Below, piece by piece: positions 58,507-64,000 of a stretch of 64,000 bases of DNA. The number at the start of each line of letters is the position of its first letter. Position 1 is the stretch's first letter. Below the pieces are notes generated by a model. It was not told where the DNA came from and ran no database searches. It saw only the letters and a program-made list of their open reading frames with translations. Made by a program: the position numbers and the translations under genes. Origin of the DNA: Candidatus Margulisiibacteriota bacterium (GTDB lineage: Bacteria; Margulisbacteria; WOR-1; O2-12-FULL-45-9); assembly GCA_041658745.1 (NCBI GenBank), contig JBAZZP010000001.1:165434-229433 (forward strand), in the 5' to 3' direction.

Positions 58507-59376
58507 TTATACATTTCTAAGTCTTTTAATAATAGGCTCTTCACATGCCAATATTTTTTTGACTCCATTCCCCATAGATGTTTCAACCAGACGAATATCC
58601 CTAATTAATCGATTTAAGCCATTTGGTTCTAGAGAGGCGGCATGATCAGATCCCCACATAGCTCGATCCAAAGTAATATGGCGTTCTATAACACACGCTC
58701 CCATCGCCCGAGCAGCAACTGAAGAGGGTAAGCCCGTTTCGTGACCAGAATATCCAACCAAAACCTTATATCTGTTTTTTAAAAAAGGGATCAAACGCAA
58801 ATTGAGATCTTCGTATCGAGCGGGATAAGCACTGCAACAATGCAGCAAAATTAAATTGTCCTTTTGTAAAACTTCAACCGCATGATCCAGTTGTTCTAAA
58901 GATGACATGCCGGTGGATAATATTACTGTTTTACCCTGTTTTCTTACGTGTTTTAGCAAAACATCATCCGTTAATTTTGCGGCCGGGATCTTAATGCAAG
59001 GGGTGTTATATTGAGCAATAAAATCAACTGAATCAATATCCCACACCGAAACCAACCATGTAATACCAATTTCTTTGCAATACTTATTGATTTCATCATA
59101 CTCTTTCTTGCCAAATTCTATTTTATTGCGGTAATCGAAATAGGTCATATTTCCCCAGGGGGTCTCTCGCAGAATATCTCGTTGACTTAAAGGTACGCAT
59201 AATTCTGGATTGCGTTTTTGAAATTTAACGGCATTACAGCCCGCATCAGCAGCGACCGCAATCAGCTTCTTCGCAATATCTATCTCCCCATTGTGATTTA
59301 TCCCTATCTCCGCAATAAAATACGAAGGGCAATCATCACCAACTTGAACATTACCAATCTCTAAATTACTTGTCAT
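58507..59376 (-). CDS. third NeuB-family synthase paralog (short form, no SAF domain)
   Basis: 289 aa. YFIAEIGINHNGE, KFQKR, KIPAAK, GYSGHETG. Confidence 0.8.
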   Translation of the reverse strand: MTSNLEIGNVQVGDDCPSYFIAEIGINHNGEIDIAKKLIAVAADAGCNAVKFQKRNPELCVPLSQRDILRETPWGNMTYFDYRNKIEFGKKEYDEINKYCKEIGITWLVSVWDIDSVDFIAQYNTPCIKIPAAKLTDDVLLKHVRKQGKTVILSTGMSSLEQLDHAVEVLQKDNLILLHCCSAYPARYEDLNLRLIPFLKNRYKVLVGYSGHETGLPSSVAARAMGACVIERHITLDRAMWGSDHAASLEPNGLNRLIRDIRLVETSMGNGVKKILACEEPIIKRLRNV

Positions 59377-59396
59377 GCTTCCCCTCCTATAATTTG

Positions 59397-60734
59397 TTAA
59401 GCGAACTTTTTAATCGTACTTATAATAAAGTCAATCATTTTTCCTGTCATCCCGGGATAAACCCCAACCCAAAAAGTTTGATTCATTACAATATCGGTAT
59501 TTATTAATTTTCCAACAACACGAAAGCCCTTTCTTTTTTTTCTCATTTCATCAAAACAAGGATGTTTTATCATATTGCCAGCAAAGAGCATGCGGGTTTG
59601 TATCCCTTTTGATTCAAGATATTGCACAATTTGATCCCGCGTGTAGCCAGAGGATTTCTTTACCGTCAGCAAAAAACCAAACCAGCTCGGATCAGAATAT
59701 TCCGCAATCTCAGGCAAAACAAAAACATCTTGCATTTGATTGAGGCCAGATCGCAATATTTGCCAGTTTTTTTTCCTAGCTTCAACAAAAGCAGGCAGTT
59801 TTTCTAATTGAGCGCAACCAATGGCTGCCTGCAGATCGGTAGCTTTTAAATTGTATCCAAAATGCGAATAAACATATTTATGATCATAACCAAAAGGAAG
59901 TTCACCAAATTGCTGGGTAAAACGTCGTCCACAGCTATTATCTATTCCGGATGGACACCAACAGTCTCTCCCCCAATCACGCAGAGAGTTAACTATTTTA
60001 TTTAGCTGCCTATCATTAGTATAAACGGCACCACCTTCTCCCATCGTCATATGGTGAGGAGGATAAAAGCTAGAAGTTGCAACGTGGCCAAAGGTCCCAG
60101 TTTGATGCCAGCTCCCCTTATACTTATACCTAGATCCCAAAGAATCACAATTATCTTCAATTAACCAGAGGTTATGTTTATCACAAAAGTTTTTTACCGC
60201 ACTAATATCGAAAGGATTTCCCAAAGTATGGGCCAAGATAACCGCCTTGGTTTTCTTGGAAAGGGCCTTCTTTAATTGGGAACAATCAATATTATATGAG
60301 GGAAGAGAAACATCTACAAAGACCGGAATTGCTCCATATTGTACAATGGGAGCGATGGTGGTGGGGAAACCAGCCGCAACAGTTATGACTTCATCCCCTT
60401 TCTTTATCCTTTTATTTCCCAACTTAGGCGAAGTTAAAGCCATAAAAGCCAAAAGGTTAGCAGAAGAACCAGAATTTACAAGCGAACAGAACTTTATCCC
60501 CAAATACGCAGCAAATTCTTTTTCAAATCTTTCAGCATAACGACCTGTGGTCAACCAAAAATCCAGAGAAGCATCAATCAAATTGGCAATTTCTTTCTCA
60601 TCAAAAACCCTGCCGGCATATGAAATACGATCACCTGGAACAAATTCATGCTGTGTAGACAAATGTTTAAATTCATAATGGTTGATGGCTGCTTGGATAG
60701 CTTTTTTTCTTAGTACTTTATCTTTACTTTTCAT
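59397..60734 (-). CDS. rfbH: CDP-4-keto-6-deoxyglucose 3-dehydrase (E1; RfbH/DdhC-like PMP + [2Fe-2S] enzyme)
   Basis: 445 aa, DegT fold, but the PLP-lysine position reads SFYPPHHMTMGEGG (His in place of Lys). It also has DCWCPSGIDNSCG (C-x-C-x7-C iron-sulfur motif). Confidence 0.8.
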   Translation of the reverse strand: MKSKDKVLRKKAIQAAINHYEFKHLSTQHEFVPGDRISYAGRVFDEKEIANLIDASLDFWLTTGRYAERFEKEFAAYLGIKFCSLVNSGSSANLLAFMALTSPKLGNKRIKKGDEVITVAAGFPTTIAPIVQYGAIPVFVDVSLPSYNIDCSQLKKALSKKTKAVILAHTLGNPFDISAVKNFCDKHNLWLIEDNCDSLGSRYKYKGSWHQTGTFGHVATSSFYPPHHMTMGEGGAVYTNDRQLNKIVNSLRDWGRDCWCPSGIDNSCGRRFTQQFGELPFGYDHKYVYSHFGYNLKATDLQAAIGCAQLEKLPAFVEARKKNWQILRSGLNQMQDVFVLPEIAEYSDPSWFGFLLTVKKSSGYTRDQIVQYLESKGIQTRMLFAGNMIKHPCFDEMRKKRKGFRVVGKLINTDIVMNQTFWVGVYPGMTGKMIDFIISTIKKFA

Positions 60735-60773
60735 AATTTAATACCGGTTTACCCTATATGGATAACCCATAAA

Positions 60774-61652
60774 CTACCTCCAATATAATATTACTATTAC
60801 AGCAAACAGCCAGCCAAACATCGCACCTATTAATGGGATATCTGACAGCATCAAGTTTTCTGCGCTGCCACCCTCATCTTTTTTATAAACCAAATATAGA
60901 TAACGGAACAATCCAAAAATGACAAAAGGAACCGTATATATCAGGTTAGAAGTATTAAATTTTTGCACCGTCTCAGAGGATAATGTATAGAGAGAATAGG
61001 TTAGGATTATTGCCGCAGTAACCACAGAGATCAATTGGTCAAGATATTGAAGGTTATATTCTTGAAAAACAAGGCGATGAATAACCGCATTTTCACCTAA
61101 AACCAAAATTTCGTTCCGGCGTTTACAAAAAACAATAAACAGAGCCAGAAGAAAGGCACAGACAAGAAACCAAGGAGTAAAAACAACCCCAATTACTTCT
61201 ACCCCGGCAACCGCACGAATGACATAGCCAGCTGCAATTATAAAAGCATCAAGAATAACTATTTTTTTCAAACCAAAAGTATAACCAAGCATTATTATGA
61301 TATATGCCACAACAAGATAACAAAAGTTAACATTTAATTGATAAGAAAAAAACAAGGAAAAAGGCAAAGCCACAATAACAAACAATTTAGCGATAATCGG
61401 AGACAAGGCTCCACTAGCAAGCGGACGCAGCTTCTTAGAAGAATGCAGTTTATCATTTTGCATATCTTTCAAATCATTAATTAAATAAATACAACTGGTT
61501 ACAGCACAAAACAAGAGAAAGGCATAAACAGTATTGATGAATAAAGGCAGATTAGATAATTTTAAAGCAAATAAAATCCCGGCAAAAATGATTAGGTTTT
61601 TGAGCCATTGCTTGGGGCGTAGGGATATCCACAAATAATAAAACTGCTTCAT
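60774..61652 (-). CDS. UbiA-family prenyl-phosphate phosphoribosyltransferase (DPPR-synthase-like)
   Basis: 292 aa, about 8 TM segments. N-terminal LRPKQWLKNLIIFAG and the aspartate motif INDLKDMQNDK (NDxxDxxxD). Confidence 0.65.
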   Translation of the reverse strand: MKQFYYLWISLRPKQWLKNLIIFAGILFALKLSNLPLFINTVYAFLLFCAVTSCIYLINDLKDMQNDKLHSSKKLRPLASGALSPIIAKLFVIVALPFSLFFSYQLNVNFCYLVVAYIIIMLGYTFGLKKIVILDAFIIAAGYVIRAVAGVEVIGVVFTPWFLVCAFLLALFIVFCKRRNEILVLGENAVIHRLVFQEYNLQYLDQLISVVTAAIILTYSLYTLSSETVQKFNTSNLIYTVPFVIFGLFRYLYLVYKKDEGGSAENLMLSDIPLIGAMFGWLFAVIVILYWR

Positions 61653-62707
61653 TGCATGTAATCCTTAATTTGACCGATACAAACCTCTCGCAAATCCTGC
61701 CTATTTTTGTATGCTAGTGTCCAGTCCATCACTTTTTGCAAGGCCATATCAAGATCCCACTGCGGTTTCCAACCTAGTTCTTTTTTGGCCTTGGCAATAT
61801 TTAAACGCAAATAATGGGTTTCGTGCGGATGTTTTCCACGGTCAATAGCATACGAAGCTCCCTGCCCCCATTTTTGGCAGAGTCGCTTTACAATCCAATC
61901 AACCGTCTTAGCATCACTTTTTTCCGGACCAAAGTTCCAGGCACCTGCATATTTCTCCCCATCAAGACAAAGTTTTTGCGCCAATAATAGATAGCCCGTT
62001 AATGGTTCTAACACATGCTGCCAGGGACGAACCGCTTTGGGACAGCGAACCATAATTTTTTCGTTTTTCAAAATCGCCCGCACAAAATCGGGAATTAAGC
62101 GATCGGCCGCCCAATCTCCACCCCCAATAACGTTACCGGCTCGAGCCGTAGCCACTGCCACCCTAGGGCTCAAAAAGGAACGGCGATAAGCCGCGGTAAC
62201 TATTTCACTGCAAGCCTTACTGCTGGAATACGGATCATAACCACCCAGTGGATCCCCCTCCAAATAACCCTGCCCCCTACTCCCTATCCCCTTCACCTCG
62301 TAACATTTATCCGTAGTAATATTGACAATGGCTTTTACCGCTTTGCAGCTGCGGGCCGCCTCTAACAAATTAACGGTTCCAAGAACATTGATTGTGTAGG
62401 TTTCAACCGGATTCTTGTATGATTCTCTAACCAGCGGCTGGGCAGCCATATGGATTATGATTTCTGGTTTTGCTTTGTGTATTACTTTTATTAGGTTGTC
62501 GCTATCTCGAATATCACCGATATGTGAATCAACCAGTTGGTCGACCCGACAGAGCTTAAAAAGGCTTGGGCTAGTGGGCGGATTCAAGGCATACCCCGTA
62601 ACTTCAGCTCCCAAATAATTTAGATAAATTGAGAGCCAGGTGCCTTTAAATCCGGTCTGTCCGGTAATAAATACCTTGCGGCCCTTCCAAAAACTACTTT
62701 TTTTCAA
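61649..62707 (-). CDS. rfbG: CDP-glucose 4,6-dehydratase
   Basis: 352 aa. FWKGRKVFITGQTGFKGTWL, HMAAQPLV, YSSSKACSE, RAGNVIGGGDWAADRLIPD. Near-collinear with enterobacterial RfbG. Confidence 0.9.
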   Translation of the reverse strand: MKKSSFWKGRKVFITGQTGFKGTWLSIYLNYLGAEVTGYALNPPTSPSLFKLCRVDQLVDSHIGDIRDSDNLIKVIHKAKPEIIIHMAAQPLVRESYKNPVETYTINVLGTVNLLEAARSCKAVKAIVNITTDKCYEVKGIGSRGQGYLEGDPLGGYDPYSSSKACSEIVTAAYRRSFLSPRVAVATARAGNVIGGGDWAADRLIPDFVRAILKNEKIMVRCPKAVRPWQHVLEPLTGYLLLAQKLCLDGEKYAGAWNFGPEKSDAKTVDWIVKRLCQKWGQGASYAIDRGKHPHETHYLRLNIAKAKKELGWKPQWDLDMALQKVMDWTLAYKNRQDLREVCIGQIKDYMQ

Positions 62708-63947
62708 TACGAGACCTCTTTACATATTTCTTAATACTATTATCTGGGCTTTTCCCAATAAAGGTATAGTCCGAACGTAAATATTGTTCAATTTCTGGAT
62801 GATCATAAGCCACATCATAAAAAACAATAGTTCCACTCGGGGAATTTTTAATAAATGCAATTAATTGATTGAAATCCTTTTTAAACATAAGCTCCTGGGG
62901 ACCTGGCATATTTACAGGATAAGACTTGCCTGCCGCTAAAGAATATATTCCTGAGTGCATTGAAATAATCAACACCATATTAATTGATCTATAATCCTTT
63001 GAAATAAAATTAACATTCTTGATTATTGCCGAATTAGGCTGGATAACGCTAAGCTTCCAACGCTGATAAATGACATTATATGCAAAGGGCAAGGAGGAAA
63101 CGCAAAACAACAGGGAAAAAATAAGCCCAAAACTAATGCAATAGTTAAACAGTTGATAGATTGAGTTTTTATTTTGTTTTAGATATTCATTTAGCTGATC
63201 TAGATAAATGATTAGCAATAATATGGCCGGATAGGAAACAGTCACCAGAACAAAATCATGACTTCGTCCTTGATAGTATACAAATATCCCAAATCCCACA
63301 AAAGACACAAATTGAATCAACATGCTTTTTTCATTTGCTTGACGATCGATTAATGCTTTTATGCCTAGAAAAGCACCAATTAAATAAAGAAAATAAACAA
63401 TTATCCAAGGATGAAAGAACTTCATTGGGATCATCTTATAACCATAAGAATAATATGCCTGCTGGTAAATAAAATTAGACGCATAATTGGGAATGTTCCC
63501 GCTAAATGAAAAAATATACAGTGAATATAATGTTAATACGCCTATAAAAAAAGCCAGAGCAACCATAAGATGCTTCAACACAAGCCAATAGTTTCGAGTT
63601 AGCAAAGATTGATAAATCAATAGTATTATCCAAGATAATAAAACTACAATTCCGGTATCAAAATTCCAGAATAGGGCTATTGTTGCAACAAAAAAAGATA
63701 GATAATAAATTAATTTGCTTTTACTTGATATATACCTGCCTGCCAAATAACAAATACAAGCAGGGAAAAAGAACCTTATAGGAAAATACTGAAAATAGCA
63801 GTCATGATTGTTCGAATATATACGTGAAAATAGATAGCACCAAAAAACAATTACCACATATCCAGCAGAGGCGATAAGCTTATCATTAATATATTCTTTG
63901 ATAAACAAGTAAAGAAAGACCAACGACAACAACATTATAATAGACAT
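62694..63947 (-). CDS. polytopic integral membrane protein (candidate GT-C glycosyltransferase or polymerase)
   Basis: 417 aa, about 11 hydrophobic segments. TAATG overlap with an upstream partial gene at the window edge. Confidence 0.35.
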   Translation of the reverse strand: MSIIMLLSLVFLYLFIKEYINDKLIASAGYVVIVFWCYLFSRIYSNNHDCYFQYFPIRFFFPACICYLAGRYISSKSKLIYYLSFFVATIALFWNFDTGIVVLLSWIILLIYQSLLTRNYWLVLKHLMVALAFFIGVLTLYSLYIFSFSGNIPNYASNFIYQQAYYSYGYKMIPMKFFHPWIIVYFLYLIGAFLGIKALIDRQANEKSMLIQFVSFVGFGIFVYYQGRSHDFVLVTVSYPAILLLIIYLDQLNEYLKQNKNSIYQLFNYCISFGLIFSLLFCVSSLPFAYNVIYQRWKLSVIQPNSAIIKNVNFISKDYRSINMVLIISMHSGIYSLAAGKSYPVNMPGPQELMFKKDFNQLIAFIKNSPSGTIVFYDVAYDHPEIEQYLRSDYTFIGKSPDNSIKKYVKRSRIEKK

Positions 63948-64000
63948 TACAATGGTGAATTTAAGGACAGATAAGCCAATAACCCAAAATATCGGCTTTA

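Noticed and set aside
1-64000. CRISPR arrays, tRNA/rRNA genes, transposases/integrases, toxin-antitoxin or restriction-modification genes
   Set aside because: I found no regularly spaced direct repeats, no cloverleaf-like or rRNA-like conserved stretches, and no ORF with DDE/tyrosine-recombinase, nuclease or DNA methyltransferase motifs. All five methyltransferases have small-molecule or C-MT architectures and lie in sugar context. The only DNA-binding gene is the small Xis/MerR-type HTH at 43026..43259.

Overview
This AT-rich window (roughly 35-40% GC by eye) is essentially one co-directional super-operon. Every credible CDS, about 63 of them, lies on the minus strand, and many are translationally coupled through ATGA or TAATG start/stop overlaps. 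The low-coordinate end holds two housekeeping purine/methionine-salvage genes: apt, truncated by the window edge, and the MTA phosphorylase mtnP. Everything from about 1.2 kb to the high-coordinate edge is a glycan (polysaccharide or glycoconjugate) biosynthesis locus longer than 62 kb that continues beyond the window.

I see no rRNA, tRNA, CRISPR array, transposase or integrase. Plus-strand ORFs in the track are all short and nested antisense to conserved minus-strand genes, so I treat them as spurious.

The locus carries export and assembly machinery: a Wza-like exporter, a Wzz-like co-polymerase, a Wzx flippase, a Wzy-like membrane protein, a small PglC-type priming phosphoglycosyltransferase and a CapD/PglF-type membrane dehydratase. 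Alongside these are enzyme sets for several nucleotide-sugar pathways, and the density of sugar-tailoring functions is unusually high.

- CDP-3,6-dideoxy / two-carbon-branched (yersiniose-like) sugar. Evidence is RfbG and an RfbH/E1 3-dehydrase that has HH in place of the PLP lysine and a CxCx7C iron-sulfur motif. An acetolactate-synthase-like TPP enzyme sits nearby.
- GDP-GlcNAc-type legionaminic-acid-like nonulosonate route with an acetamidino-forming amidotransferase. It comprises a CBS-nucleotidyltransferase, 4,6-dehydratase, DegT aminotransferase, NeuD/PglD-type acetyltransferase, NeuC, two NeuB paralogs and a CMP-synthetase. A third NeuB paralog is paired with a KdsC-family phosphatase.
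- UDP-2,3-diacetamido-2,3-dideoxy-glucuronate route (WbpA/B/E/D-like).
- dTDP route (RfbA/RfbB) and a GDP route (Gmd plus Nudix), each next to an NDP-hexose C-methyltransferase.
- Two DegT plus sugar-N-formyltransferase modules.
- A PDH-E1 alpha/beta-like TPP pair together with a class I aminotransferase.
- Two radical-SAM enzymes and an MBL-fold hydrolase.
- Two lipid-linked donor routes: an ArnC-like GT2 and a UbiA/DPPR-synthase-like prenyl-phosphate phosphoribosyltransferase, each near a large polytopic GT-C-like membrane protein.
- Two tandem paralogous HP-motif GT-B enzymes (TagF/KpsS/sialyltransferase-like).

The combination of several branched-chain-sugar chemistries, three nonulosonate synthases, two polyprenyl-phosphate-sugar donor systems and radical-SAM tailoring in one operon looks like an undescribed, highly decorated glycan system.
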